A stretch of DNA of 64,000 bases. It comes from an uncultured Actinomycetota bacterium (GTDB lineage: Bacteria; Actinomycetota; Actinomycetes; CAVWCF01). The position numbers and the translations under genes are program-made. Below, piece by piece: positions 49,237-58,816 of this stretch. The stretch lies in assembly GCA_963753435.1 (NCBI GenBank), contig CAVWCF010000002.1:118410-182409 (forward strand). Direction: 5' to 3'. The notes under the pieces are model-generated. The model saw nothing but the letters and a program-made list of their open reading frames with translations, had not been told where the DNA came from and did not search any database. The first letter of the stretch is position 1. The number at the start of each line of letters is the position of its first letter.

Positions 49237-49839
49237 TCATTGGATGATGTAGATAACGGTGAACAGGGCGATCCAGACCACGTCCACGAAGTGCCAGTAG
49301 TAGGACGTGACGATTGCGCTGGTGGCATCTCGGTGGCTGAACCTGCGGGATGCGTAGGTGCGGCCCAGCACGAACAGGAAGGCGATCAGCCCGCCGGTCA
49401 CGTGTAGTCCGTGGAAGCCGGTCGTGAGGTAGAAGGCCGTTCCGTAGGTCGTCCCGAGCGTCAGACCCTCGCGCACCAAACTCGTGTACTCGAACACCTG
49501 GCCGCCGATGAAGAAAGCGCCCATCAGGAACGTGATCACGTACCAGGTGCGCAGCCGCTTCACATCGCCGCGCTCAGCGGCGAAGACGCCCAGCTGGCAG
49601 GTCACACTGGAAAGCACCAGGATCGTCGTGTTGAACACGGCGAACGGGATGTTGAAGAGGCTGGTGTTCTCCTCCCAGACTTCCGGACCGGAGACGCCAC
49701 GGAGCGTGAAGTAGATCGCGAACAACGCCGCGAAGAACATCAACTCCGAGGACAGCCAAACGATCGTCCCAATGCTGACCATGTTGGGTCGGTTCACCGC
49801 CGGAGGGGCCGGTACCGCCGCAGTTGTCGCTGTCGCCAC
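49237..49839 (-). CDS. ctaE: cytochrome c oxidase subunit III
   Basis: [40 protein letters not shown]. Confidence 0.96.
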   Translation of the reverse strand: MATATTAAVPAPPAVNRPNMVSIGTIVWLSSELMFFAALFAIYFTLRGVSGPEVWEENTSLFNIPFAVFNTTILVLSSVTCQLGVFAAERGDVKRLRTWYVITFLMGAFFIGGQVFEYTSLVREGLTLGTTYGTAFYLTTGFHGLHVTGGLIAFLFVLGRTYASRRFSHRDATSAIVTSYYWHFVDVVWIALFTVIYIIQ

Positions 49840-49969
49840 GGTCCGGCATTCTGCCAGCCCATCGGCCCCGTTCGTGGCTTGGGTGCGCGATTCGCGTCAA
49901 GTCGTGTCCAGTTCGTTTCGGGACCGCGTCAGGAGATGCGCTCCGGCGCCAGCGCCTAGCCTTACTGTC

Positions 49970-50941
49970 ATGGCTCCTGGGCTCCTCGTCGCGCCGCTTT
50001 CGGCGTGGGCGATGCACAACCCCGACCCGGGCAGCCTGCCGCCGCTGACCTGGTCGGCCCTCTTCTCCTCCTGGACGTTCGATCCGCTTCCAGCGGCCCT
50101 CATCGCCGCCACGACCATCGCCTACCTGGCGGGGGTTCGGTCGCTGCGCCGGCGTGGAGACTCCTGGCACTGGGGCCGGATCCTGGCCTTCGTCGGCGGC
50201 GGCATGGGCACGCTGCTGATCGCGACTCAGTCGGCGCTGGCGACCTACGACTTGACGCTGCTGTCGGCACACATGGTCCAGCACATGCTCCTGTCCATGG
50301 TCGCGCCGATCTTCATGGCTCTTGGCGCGCCCGTGACGCTGGCGTTGCGGACTCTGCCTCCCAGCGGCAGACGTGGACTGCTGGCGGTGCTGAACTCCCG
50401 CGTGGCCAAGGTGCTGACCTTCCCGGTCGTCGCAGGGGTGTTGTTCGTGCTGAACCCGTTCGTCCTCTACTTCACCCCGCTGTACGAAGCCACCCTGAAC
50501 TACCCGTTGCTGCACCAGTGGAACCACCTGCACTTCATCGTGCTCGGGTCCTTGTGGTTCTGGATCATCATCGGGGTCGATCCGATGCCGCACCGCATCA
50601 GTTACCCGATGCGGATGCTGGCCGTCTTCGCCACCATGCCGTTCCACGCATTCCTGGGCATCACCATCATGTCGTCGAGCACGCTCATCGCCGAGGACTG
50701 GTACACGTCGCTGGGTTTCACCGGGCTGTCGCCGCTGGAGGACCAGCGGTTGGCGGGCGGGATCATCTGGGCCTCCGGCGAGTTGGTCTCACTGCTGGTC
50801 CTGGGGGTCCTGTTCGTGCAGTGGGTCCGGCAGTCATCCAGAGAGGCGCGCCGGGAGGACCGCCGACTCGATCGCCTGGCGGAGCAAGCTGCCGCCAAGG
50901 GCCAGGTCGACGACGGCCTGTGGTGGCAGCGCACGCCTTGA
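49970..50941 (+). CDS. cytochrome c oxidase assembly factor (Caa3-type CtaG family)
   Basis: SAHMVQHMLLSMVAP, HLHF, PFHAFLG, DQRLAGGIIWASGE. Confidence 0.85.
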   Translation: MAPGLLVAPLSAWAMHNPDPGSLPPLTWSALFSSWTFDPLPAALIAATTIAYLAGVRSLRRRGDSWHWGRILAFVGGGMGTLLIATQSALATYDLTLLSAHMVQHMLLSMVAPIFMALGAPVTLALRTLPPSGRRGLLAVLNSRVAKVLTFPVVAGVLFVLNPFVLYFTPLYEATLNYPLLHQWNHLHFIVLGSLWFWIIIGVDPMPHRISYPMRMLAVFATMPFHAFLGITIMSSSTLIAEDWYTSLGFTGLSPLEDQRLAGGIIWASGELVSLLVLGVLFVQWVRQSSREARREDRRLDRLAEQAAAKGQVDDGLWWQRTP

Positions 50942-50972
50942 TGGGTGCGGCGGCTTGAGTAGCATCCACGCC

Positions 50973-51380
50973 ATGCCCGATGCCACGTTGACCGTGCTTG
51001 TCTACAGCGATGACCGCGACGTGCGCGGTCAGGTGCGAACCGCCCTCGGTCGCCGAGTGGCTCGGGACCTGCCCGAACTGGAGTTCGTCGAAGTCGCCAC
51101 CGAGCCGGCGGTGTTCCGGGCGCTTCGCGGCGAAGTGGACCTGGCCATCCTGGACGGGGAGGCGGTCCCGGCCGGAGGCATGGGCATCTGCCGGCAGATA
51201 AAGGACGAGGTCTTCAACGCGCCACCCGTGCTCGTGCTCGTGGGCCGGGCCCAGGACGCCTGGCTGGCCACCTGGTCGAGCGCGGATGCGGTCGTGCCGC
51301 ATCCGCTGGATCCGATGCAACTTGCCAGTTCGGTCGCGCAACTGCTGCGGCCGGCGCACGCGTTGACCGCGACGACCTGA
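50973..51380 (+). CDS. stand-alone atypical receiver-domain protein
   Basis: VLVYSDD, DLAILDGEA.P.GG, W..ADAVVPHPLDP (HP where KP is usual). Conserved upstream of trpD. Confidence 0.75.
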   Translation: MPDATLTVLVYSDDRDVRGQVRTALGRRVARDLPELEFVEVATEPAVFRALRGEVDLAILDGEAVPAGGMGICRQIKDEVFNAPPVLVLVGRAQDAWLATWSSADAVVPHPLDPMQLASSVAQLLRPAHALTATT

Positions 51381-51394
51381 GCCGCACGCACATC

Positions 51395-52465
51395 ATGGCG
51401 ACCTGGCCGGAGGTCCTGTCCCGGTTGATCGACGGGGACAACCTCACCGCCGCCGAAACCGAGTGGGCCCTCGCGGAGGTAATGGAGGAGCGGGCCACCC
51501 CCGCCCAACTGGCCGGATTCCTGATCGGCCTGCGGGCCAAGGGCGAGTCGGCCGAGGAGGTAGCGGGCCTGGTGCAGGCCATGCTGGAACATGCCGCGCC
51601 AATCGAGGTTTCCGGTCCGGTTGTGGATGTGGTCGGCACCGGTGGGGACGGTTCGGATTCGGTCAACCTGTCGACCATGGCGGCGCTGGTGGTCGCGGCC
51701 TGTGGCCACCGTGTGGTCAAGCACGGCAACCGGGCCGCTTCCAGCCGCACCGGATCGGCGGATCTGCTCGAGGCGCTCGGGGTGCGGCTTGACCTGGATC
51801 CGGAGCAGGTGGCCGAGGTAGCGGAGGCGGCCGGGATCACCTTCTGCTTCGCTCCGGTGTTCCACCCGGCGATGCGGCACGCGGGGCCGACTAGGCGCGA
51901 ACTCGGCGTGCCTACTGTCTTCAACATCCTCGGGCCGCTGGCAAACCCGTCCCGACCGCAGGCAATGGCCGTGGGGTGTGCCGACGTGCGGCTGGCCCCG
52001 GTGATGGCCGAGGTGCTCGGCAGTCGGGGAGTCACGGCCGTGGTGGTCCGTGGCGATGACGGGATGGATGAACTCAGTACTGCCGCGACCTCCACAGTGT
52101 GGCGCTGGATCGACGGACGGGTGATCACCGAGCAGATCGACGCAGAGCGCCTGGGCCTGCCGCGCAGCGTCGCCGGGGACCTGGCCGGCGGCGACCCGGA
52201 GCACAACGCCGAAATCGCTCGCGCGGTTCTGGGCGGGGAGCCGGGTCCGGTGGCCGACGCGGTGGCTCTGAACGCGGCGGCTGCGGTCGCAGCGGCAGTT
52301 GCTCAGGAGTCGGGCGGCTGGGGGGATCAGTCCTTCCCGGATTGCTTGGCTGCGGCGTTGCCGGTCACGCAAGCGGCCCTGATCTCCGGGGCAGGTGCGG
52401 CGGTATTGCAGCGGTGGGTGGCCGCGACCACCCAGGCCGGGACCGCGGCGGCCCCGACTTCCTGA
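51395..52465 (+). CDS. trpD: anthranilate phosphoribosyltransferase
   Basis: DVVGTGGDG, NLST, KHGNRAASSRTGSAD, FAPVFHPAMRH, TVFNILGPLANP, GMDE. Confidence 0.96.
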   Translation: MATWPEVLSRLIDGDNLTAAETEWALAEVMEERATPAQLAGFLIGLRAKGESAEEVAGLVQAMLEHAAPIEVSGPVVDVVGTGGDGSDSVNLSTMAALVVAACGHRVVKHGNRAASSRTGSADLLEALGVRLDLDPEQVAEVAEAAGITFCFAPVFHPAMRHAGPTRRELGVPTVFNILGPLANPSRPQAMAVGCADVRLAPVMAEVLGSRGVTAVVVRGDDGMDELSTAATSTVWRWIDGRVITEQIDAERLGLPRSVAGDLAGGDPEHNAEIARAVLGGEPGPVADAVALNAAAAVAAAVAQESGGWGDQSFPDCLAAALPVTQAALISGAGAAVLQRWVAATTQAGTAAAPTS

Positions 52466-52477
52466 GTCGGTCGGCGC

Positions 52478-54166
52478 CTAGAGCCGCGCCAGCAGGCGCG
52501 CCGGGGACTCCGAAGGAGATGCCCAGGTACCGGTGAGGTGTACCAGCCGGACTCCCGGCTGATCGAGGTGCCGAAGCAGCAGCTCGGCCTCCTCTACCGC
52601 CGCTGAGCCGAATGCGTCCTCTTTCTCGGTCACGGCTGACCCACCCAGCAGCAGCGCATCCAGGTAGGGGTGCACCGATGCACCTCGGGGTAGCAGCGCG
52701 GACCCGGCGAATCTCCCGCTGCGGATGAGGACCAGTTCCCAGCCGTCAGCCGCGGGGGCGGCTGCTACTAGTTCGTCGGCGGCAATCAGCGAACGCAGTC
52801 GCTCGGCTCGCGCCGCCGCTCGGAGGAAGGCGACGGCCCGGTCGCGCACTTCGGCAGCCTCTTCGTAGCGTTCCTCGTCGGCGAGGCGGTGGATCCGCTC
52901 AAGCCCGGCCTCCCAGACCGGGTCGGCGCGTCCGACCAAGAGTTCGGCGCAGTCGCGAACCACCTCCTCGTATTCGGTTCGCGACTGCGTGCCGTCACAA
53001 GGTGCGCCGCATTTGCCCATCTGCGCCAACGCGCAGGCCTTGCTCGCAGTGGTGACCGAGAGGCGGCTGGTGCACTGCCGAATCGCAACGGCTTCGGTGA
53101 GGGCGGCCGCGGCGGACTCAGCCGCCTTGCGGGATCCGAAGGGGCCGACGGCCACGGTTTCGGCTGTGACTTTGCGGCTTACCGAAAGCCTTGGGAACGC
53201 CTCCTGGGTCAGGCGCAGCCAGAGTGCCCGTTCCGGGAACTTCGACCGCCGGTTGTACGGAGGCTTGTATTCGGCGATGAGTCGCAGTTCGTGAACCCGC
53301 GCTTCCAGGGCGGTTGCGCATTTGATGCTGCGCACCCCGGTCGCGATCTTGACCATCTCCTGGATGCGGCGGCGGGTCTCGGCTGCGGTGAAGTAGGAGC
53401 GGACCCGGGCGCGCAGATTCTGGGTGGTTCCGATGTACAGCACCCGGTCGTCGCGATCGTGGAACAGGTAGACGCCCGGGCTGGCCGGTAGCCCTTCGGC
53501 CAGTCGCCGCTTGGCGCGCACCTCGGCCGGAACCCGGGACGTGTACGACACGAGGTCCTCGATCGTGTCGACGCCGTCGTTGCCGACCCGCTCGATCAGA
53601 CCGTGCAGGACGTCCACCGTCGCCCGGGCATCGGCCAGCGCTCGGTGCACCGGAGTTGTGGGGGAGCGGAACAGCCGGGCAAGAGTGGCGAGTTTGCAGT
53701 TCGGCGCCTCGTCGCGGGTCAGCACCCTTCGCGCCACCCGGGCGGTGTCGAGTGTCCCCGCCGGTGCGAAGGCCAGCCCCTGGCGCGCAGCGGCATTCCT
53801 CAAGAAGCCGATGTCGAATGGGGCGTTGTGTGCCACCAACACCGTGCCTTCAGCGAACTCAAGGAAGGCCGGCAACGCAGCGGTAATCGCCGGCGCCGTG
53901 GCGACCATTGCGTCGGTGATGCCCGTGAGCGACTGGATGAACGCCGGAATCGGGTTGTCGGGGCGGACCAGGGTCTGGAACTCACCGAGCACGTGCCCGC
54001 CACGCACTTTCACCGCCCCGATCTCGGTGATGGAGTCCGACTCGGCGCTGCCGCCGGTCGTCTCCAGGTCCACCACGACGAACGTCACCTGCGACAGCGG
54101 GGTGCCCAGGTCCTCGAAACTGCCCTGTTGTGCGGCGGCGGTGGTCGCGAGGGCGGAGCGGTGCAT
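52478..54166 (-). CDS. DEDD (DnaQ-like) exonuclease fused to UvrC-like GIY-YIG nuclease (Rv2191-like)
   Basis: VDLETTG, VAHNAPFD, HRALADA, then PGVYLF..LYIG..NLRARVRSYF, YNRR, Cys cluster, ERYEEAA. Confidence 0.92.
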   Translation of the reverse strand: MHRSALATTAAAQQGSFEDLGTPLSQVTFVVVDLETTGGSAESDSITEIGAVKVRGGHVLGEFQTLVRPDNPIPAFIQSLTGITDAMVATAPAITAALPAFLEFAEGTVLVAHNAPFDIGFLRNAAARQGLAFAPAGTLDTARVARRVLTRDEAPNCKLATLARLFRSPTTPVHRALADARATVDVLHGLIERVGNDGVDTIEDLVSYTSRVPAEVRAKRRLAEGLPASPGVYLFHDRDDRVLYIGTTQNLRARVRSYFTAAETRRRIQEMVKIATGVRSIKCATALEARVHELRLIAEYKPPYNRRSKFPERALWLRLTQEAFPRLSVSRKVTAETVAVGPFGSRKAAESAAAALTEAVAIRQCTSRLSVTTASKACALAQMGKCGAPCDGTQSRTEYEEVVRDCAELLVGRADPVWEAGLERIHRLADEERYEEAAEVRDRAVAFLRAAARAERLRSLIAADELVAAAPAADGWELVLIRSGRFAGSALLPRGASVHPYLDALLLGGSAVTEKEDAFGSAAVEEAELLLRHLDQPGVRLVHLTGTWASPSESPARLLARL

Positions 54167-54173
54167 GTTCGCG

Positions 54174-54195
54174 ACGCTACGGGCCGCCCCCGACA
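54174..54195 (-). promoter_or_regulatory. PafBC / RecA-NDp DNA-damage promoter
   Basis: Minus strand TGTCGG-N10-TAGCGT, then 7 nt to ATG 54166. Exact match to TGTCGG-N10-TA-N3-T. Confidence 0.85.
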
Positions 54196-54229
54196 CGACC
54201 ACTCAGGCGCGCAGATCTAATGTGCCCCC

Positions 54230-54484
54230 ATGAGCGTCCCTGTGCCGACCGCCGACACCCGGTGGCGGTGTACCCGCTGCGGAAACCTGACCCGCTTCGA
54301 CGTGGTGCGCAGTGAGCGCGTTCGCGAGTACGTCCACCTGGATCTGGCCGGGGATCCCCGGGTCGAGGAAAAGGACACCTTGGCGGCCGAGATCGAATCG
54401 GTCACGTGCCGCTGGTGTCAGGCCGAAAGCGTCGAGCTGGTGCCACGCCCGGACGCCGGCGGCCCCCTGCCCGACGCCAACTGA
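54230..54484 (+). CDS. small zinc-ribbon hypothetical protein
   Basis: WRCTRCGNLTRFDV...TCRWC (two CxxC). TAATGT -10 box before ATG. Confidence 0.75.
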   Translation: MSVPVPTADTRWRCTRCGNLTRFDVVRSERVREYVHLDLAGDPRVEEKDTLAAEIESVTCRWCQAESVELVPRPDAGGPLPDAN

Positions 54485-54594
54485 CGGCTGATCCGGATCC
54501 TGGCCGAGCGTCCCCGCTTCCCGATTCCGGGGAGCGCCAGGATTGTCGGACCCCCTCCCTAGCGTCTGCGATGACCGGGAGATGAGGGGTTGCG

Positions 54595-54813
54595 ATGCTG
54601 ATCGATTGCGACAGTTGCGAGGTCCGCGGCGACGCCTGCGGCGACTGCATGGTGACGGCGTTGCTGGGTATGCCGAAGCCCGTGGATCTGGCCGACGACG
54701 AGGCTTCGGCGCTTGGCGCGTTGTCCGAGGCGGGGCTGCTGCCGCCGCTGCGACTGGTGCCGCGGGGGACGGGCGCGACGCCGGATCGGGCGCCGGGCCG
54801 GGAATCCGCCTGA
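54595..54813 (+). CDS. small Cys-rich hypothetical protein
   Basis: MLIDCDSCEVRGDACGDCMVTALLG...AL..L..AGLLPPLRL, a small actinobacterial family usually found upstream of NlpC/P60 genes. SD gagggg. Confidence 0.72.
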   Translation: MLIDCDSCEVRGDACGDCMVTALLGMPKPVDLADDEASALGALSEAGLLPPLRLVPRGTGATPDRAPGRESA

Positions 54814-54952
54814 ATGTCCGGATCAGTTGTCCGTTTATCGGGTACGTGTCCCACGCGTGTCGCGAGCCTGTTTCGTTCTTACATCACGTTTCGGCTACAG
54901 TCCGGCCAGGCTTCCGCCGTTCCGCCCCCAGACCGGGGGGTGACGGAAGCCT

Positions 54953-55076
54953 CCGCTTAACCGGTCGGCAACGACGCCGACCGGGCCGGGGACCCAAATT
55001 CCCTGGGGTGAATCGGATCCACGGATCCGTAGGGCGCACTTCCCCGCCCGAACCCGACAGCTAACCCGGCAAGCGG
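54953..55076 (+). ncRNA. cyclic di-AMP (ydaO/yuaA) riboswitch
   Basis: ccgct...GCCGGGGACCCA...TGGGGTGAATC...GTAGGG...TTCCCCGCCCGAACCCGACAGCTAACCCGG..agcgg directly upstream of a cell-wall hydrolase. Confidence 0.92.
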
Positions 55077-55101
55077 CCGAGGAAGCGAAGGAGCCGCCCT
55101 C

Positions 55102-56208
55102 GTGGCGACGCCGATCACCAGACTTCTTGCTGCATCGACTGCCGGCATGGCAGTCCTACTTACGACCGTGCTGGTTCCAGGCACGGCTCACGCCGACCCA
55201 GACCGGGTGCGTGAAGTAGCCGCCAAGGTCGAGGCCCTGGAGCACCAGGCCGAGGCTGCGGCTGAGCGTTGGAACGACGCCCGCATCGCGGTGGCGGACG
55301 CGCAGCGTGAACTGGACAAGCTCAACGACCTCGTGGCGCAGCGCGAAGAGCAGTTGGCCGCGGTACAGAAGACGGTCGGTGCGATCGCGGCCACGACGTA
55401 CCAGGCAGGTGGTTTGGACTCCAGCCTGCAGTTGCTGCTGGCCGACCACCCAGACCAGTTCCTGGCCCAGGCGTCCTCCTTGGACAACGTCGCTCGCGGT
55501 CAGGGCGACGTCATGGTCCAGGCCGTTGCCGCCAAGCAGCAGCTGACCAACGACAAGCTTGCGGCTGAGCAGAAGAAGGTCGCGCTCGACGAGGCCAAGG
55601 GTGCCGCCGACGCGGAGAAGAGCGCCGCTGACGGCAAGCTTGCTGAGGCGACCGCCCTGCTGAACACCCTTAAGGCCGAGGAGCGGGCACGGCTGGCTGC
55701 TGAGGAGCAGCGCCGGGCCGACGCGGCTGCGGCCGCTGCGGCGGCAGCTGTGGCTGCTGAGCGCGCCACGCAGACCGCTGCTCCCACGCGGAGCACGCCA
55801 ACTCGGTCCTCGTCGAGCAGCTCGAGCGCACCGTCGACGCCCGCCCCGGCTCCCGCAGCCTCGGGCAAGGCTTCGGTCGCGGTGGCGGCGGCGATGTCTC
55901 GCGTCGGTATGCGTTATGTGTATGGCGCGACCGGTCCCAGCGCGTTCGACTGCTCCGGTCTGACCAGCTGGGCTTGGGCCAAGGCAGGCAAGTCGTTGCC
56001 GCACTCAAGCAAGGCGCAGTACTCCTCTGGCCGCAAGATTTCCAAGAGCCAACTGCAGCCGGGCGACCTTGTCTTCTACTACTCGCCGATCTCGCACGTG
56101 GGCATGTACATCGGCGGCGGCAAGATTGTGCATGCCGCAAACCCGCGTACCGGCGTAAACATCGCCGGGCTGAACTCGATGCCGTACACGGGCGCGGTTC
56201 GACCCTGA
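55102..56208 (+). CDS. secreted NlpC/P60 (C40) peptidoglycan endopeptidase with coiled-coil domain
   Basis: Signal peptide ..AHA-DP, coiled coil, YVYGATGPSAFDCSGL, PGDLVFY, HVGMY, VHA. Confidence 0.94.
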   Translation: MATPITRLLAASTAGMAVLLTTVLVPGTAHADPDRVREVAAKVEALEHQAEAAAERWNDARIAVADAQRELDKLNDLVAQREEQLAAVQKTVGAIAATTYQAGGLDSSLQLLLADHPDQFLAQASSLDNVARGQGDVMVQAVAAKQQLTNDKLAAEQKKVALDEAKGAADAEKSAADGKLAEATALLNTLKAEERARLAAEEQRRADAAAAAAAAAVAAERATQTAAPTRSTPTRSSSSSSSAPSTPAPAPAASGKASVAVAAAMSRVGMRYVYGATGPSAFDCSGLTSWAWAKAGKSLPHSSKAQYSSGRKISKSQLQPGDLVFYYSPISHVGMYIGGGKIVHAANPRTGVNIAGLNSMPYTGAVRP

Positions 56209-56225
56209 TCCCACAGTTCCACGCA

Positions 56226-56262
56226 GAAGCGGGCGCCGGTCCTCAGGACCGGCGCCCGCTTC
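56226..56262 (+). terminator. terminator after the NlpC/P60 gene
   Basis: gaagcgggcgccggtcc-tca-ggaccggcgcccgcttc (17-bp stem). Confidence 0.8.
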
Positions 56263-56300
56263 GCGTCTGCAATGCGCCGGTGTTCCGTACGATCGCTGCA

Positions 56301-57692
56301 GTGAGCCCAGGACCGATATCCAGCCCCGGCCCACTGTCGAGCGCCGGGCAACTGTCGGAGTTGGCGGTGGCCGGGCCGTCGCGCACCGGCATGACCGTGT
56401 CGCTGCTGGGGACCCTCTTCGTGATGGTCCTGCTGGCGACCGCGTTGATCCCTTGGTCGGCGCTTACGGGGGCAATCACGGCGGCTGCTGACCCCGGGAT
56501 GGACTTCACCGATGCTGAAGTCGCCCGAGCCCGCAGCCTGCGGGACCCGCTACGGCTGCTGGCTGTGGTGGGAGCCGTGCTGTCGCTGGTCATCGCCTTG
56601 GTCCTGGGGCTAACACCGCTTGGTGCCGCGATCGTTGAAGGCGTGTCCTTCGGCCGGGGACCGGTCGTCCAGACGATCGTCGGCGTCCCGGCCCTCCTGC
56701 TGGTGGGTGCGGCGTTCGCCCTGCCGCTGGTGGTGCGGGCCGAGCAGCAGTTGCGTGATGCGGGCCTGTCGACGCGCACGTGGGGCGGTTTCGCTTCCGA
56801 CCAGCTCAAGGCCTTCGGATTGCAGGCGGTGTTGGTCACCGCCGCCTTGGGTGGGCTGTTCTGGTTGATCCGACTGACGCCACGATGGTGGCCGTTCGTG
56901 GCGGCTGTCGCAGCCGCGGTCTTGGTGCTCGTGCTTTCGGCGATTTTCCCGTTGGTGGTGGAGCCGCTGTTCAACAAGTTCGAATCGCTGCCGGCGGGGG
57001 ACCAGCGGGACCGGTTGCTTGCGGTCGCGGACGAGGCCGGCGTTCGGGTCAGCGACGTTCTGGTTGCCGATGCGAGCCGCCGTACCAGTGGGCTGAACGC
57101 GTACGTGTCTGGCATCGGGCCGACGCGTCGCATCGTCGTCTACGACACGCTGCTGCAAACCGCGCCACCGGAGCAGGTCGAAGCCGTCGTGGCGCACGAG
57201 CTGGGGCACGCGGCTCGACGTGACGTTCTGGTCGGTTCCGGACTCGGTGCCCTGGGCGCCGGTGCCGTGGTGCTGGTCGTTGGTCTGGTGCTGACGTCCG
57301 GTGGCTGGGTAGCCCGCGCCGGTGCCGACGGGCCGGGTGACCCGCGAGTGGCGGGTTTGGTGTTGGCGGTCGTGGCCGTGGCCACCGCTATCGCGGCACC
57401 GGCGACCGCAGCGATCAGTCGCCAGGTGGAGGCCCGAGCGGATGAATTCGCGCTGCAGACAACCGCTGATCCGGATGCGTTCGTGGCCATGCAGCGCACA
57501 CTGGCGCTGACGAACCTCGCCGACCCCGATCCGCCGCGATGGGTGGTGTGGTGGCGCGGATCGCATCCCACCACGGCCGAGCGGATGGCCTTGGCCCGGC
57601 AGTGGGCGGCGATGAACGGCGTACCCGTACCGCCGGGGAGCGTTTCGGCCAATCCGGGTGACACCGGCGCCGGTGCCGAGGCTTCGCGGTGA
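56301..57692 (+). CDS. M48 family (Ste24-like) membrane metallopeptidase
   Basis: EPLFNKF, DASRRT..NAYVSGIG.TRRIVVYDTL, AHELGH, EARAD, SHP...R. Start set at GTG 56301 behind TACGAT. Confidence 0.9.
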   Translation: MSPGPISSPGPLSSAGQLSELAVAGPSRTGMTVSLLGTLFVMVLLATALIPWSALTGAITAAADPGMDFTDAEVARARSLRDPLRLLAVVGAVLSLVIALVLGLTPLGAAIVEGVSFGRGPVVQTIVGVPALLLVGAAFALPLVVRAEQQLRDAGLSTRTWGGFASDQLKAFGLQAVLVTAALGGLFWLIRLTPRWWPFVAAVAAAVLVLVLSAIFPLVVEPLFNKFESLPAGDQRDRLLAVADEAGVRVSDVLVADASRRTSGLNAYVSGIGPTRRIVVYDTLLQTAPPEQVEAVVAHELGHAARRDVLVGSGLGALGAGAVVLVVGLVLTSGGWVARAGADGPGDPRVAGLVLAVVAVATAIAAPATAAISRQVEARADEFALQTTADPDAFVAMQRTLALTNLADPDPPRWVVWWRGSHPTTAERMALARQWAAMNGVPVPPGSVSANPGDTGAGAEASR

Positions 57693-58816
57693 CCAAGGTC
57701 TTGGTCGTCACCAACGACTTCCCGCCTCGTCCCGGCGGGATCCAGACCTTCGTCTACGAGTTGATCCGGCGGCTGCCGGCTGAGGACGTGACCGTCTACT
57801 GCTCGAAGTTCCGCGGCTGGGAGGAGTTCGACGCCGCGCAGCCGTTTCGGGTGGTCCGCGAGGACACTTCGGTGCTGCTGCCCACGCGTTCGGTGCGACG
57901 TCGCGCGGCTGAACTGCTCCGCGAAACCGACAGCACGGCTGTCTTGTTCGGCGCCGCGGCACCACTCGGCTTGATGGGCGACGACCTGCGGGCCGCCGGA
58001 GCCAGGCGCATCGTCGCCCTCACCCACGGGCATGAAGCGGGTTGGGCGCTGTTCCCGGGGCCGCGGCAGGTCTTGCGACGCATCGGCGACCGCGTTGACG
58101 TCATGACGTACCTGGGCGAGTACACCCGGTCCCGGATAGCGCGCGCGCTGTCGCCGGCGGCTGCGTCGCGAATGGTGCGGTTGACGCCCGGGGTCGACAC
58201 CGAACGGTTCAGCCCGGACGTGGACGGCGGCCCCGTGCGCGACCGGTACGGGCTGGGGGAGCGGCCGGTGGTGGTGTGCGTGTCACGGCTGATGCCGCGC
58301 AAGGGGCAGGACACGCTGATCGAGGCGCTGGCGGAGATCAGGCGCCAGGTGCCGGACACGGCCCTGCTCCTGGTCGGGGGCGGGCCGTATCGGAAGAAAC
58401 TGCAGCAGCTGGCGCAGCGGTTGGGCGTGGCCGAGCACGTCTTCTTCACCGGCTCGGTCCCATACGAGGAACTACCGATGCACTACGCGGCCGGCGACGT
58501 CTTCGCGATGCCATGTCGCACGCGCAACGCCGGGCTGGACGTCGAGGGCTTGGGAATCGTCTTCTTGGAGGCGTCGGCGACCGGTCTGCCCGTCATCGCC
58601 GGGGACTCCGGTGGGGCGCCGGACGCGGTGCTGGACGGGGAGACCGGCTATGTCGTCGACGGGCGCGGCAAGTCAGGAGTCGCCGGGCGGGTGGGGGCCT
58701 GTCTCGCCGACCGCGACGTCATCAGCAGTCTGGGCTCCCGAGGCCGCTCCTGGGTGTTGTCCGACTGGGGCTGGGACCGGCAGGTCGCCACCCTGCGGAA
58801 GATGCTCGACGAGTGA
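57689..58816 (+). CDS. GT4 family glycosyltransferase (PimB'-like)
   Basis: VTNDFPPRPGGIQ, THGHE, VSRLMPRKGQD, EGLGIVFLEA, GDSGGAPD. Confidence 0.9.
   Translation: MTKVLVVTNDFPPRPGGIQTFVYELIRRLPAEDVTVYCSKFRGWEEFDAAQPFRVVREDTSVLLPTRSVRRRAAELLRETDSTAVLFGAAAPLGLMGDDLRAAGARRIVALTHGHEAGWALFPGPRQVLRRIGDRVDVMTYLGEYTRSRIARALSPAAASRMVRLTPGVDTERFSPDVDGGPVRDRYGLGERPVVVCVSRLMPRKGQDTLIEALAEIRRQVPDTALLLVGGGPYRKKLQQLAQRLGVAEHVFFTGSVPYEELPMHYAAGDVFAMPCRTRNAGLDVEGLGIVFLEASATGLPVIAGDSGGAPDAVLDGETGYVVDGRGKSGVAGRVGACLADRDVISSLGSRGRSWVLSDWGWDRQVATLRKMLDE

Noticed and set aside
50973-51380. Receiver protein lacking the conserved Lys as a novelty
   Set aside because: This atypical receiver is a widespread gene upstream of trpD in actinomycetes.
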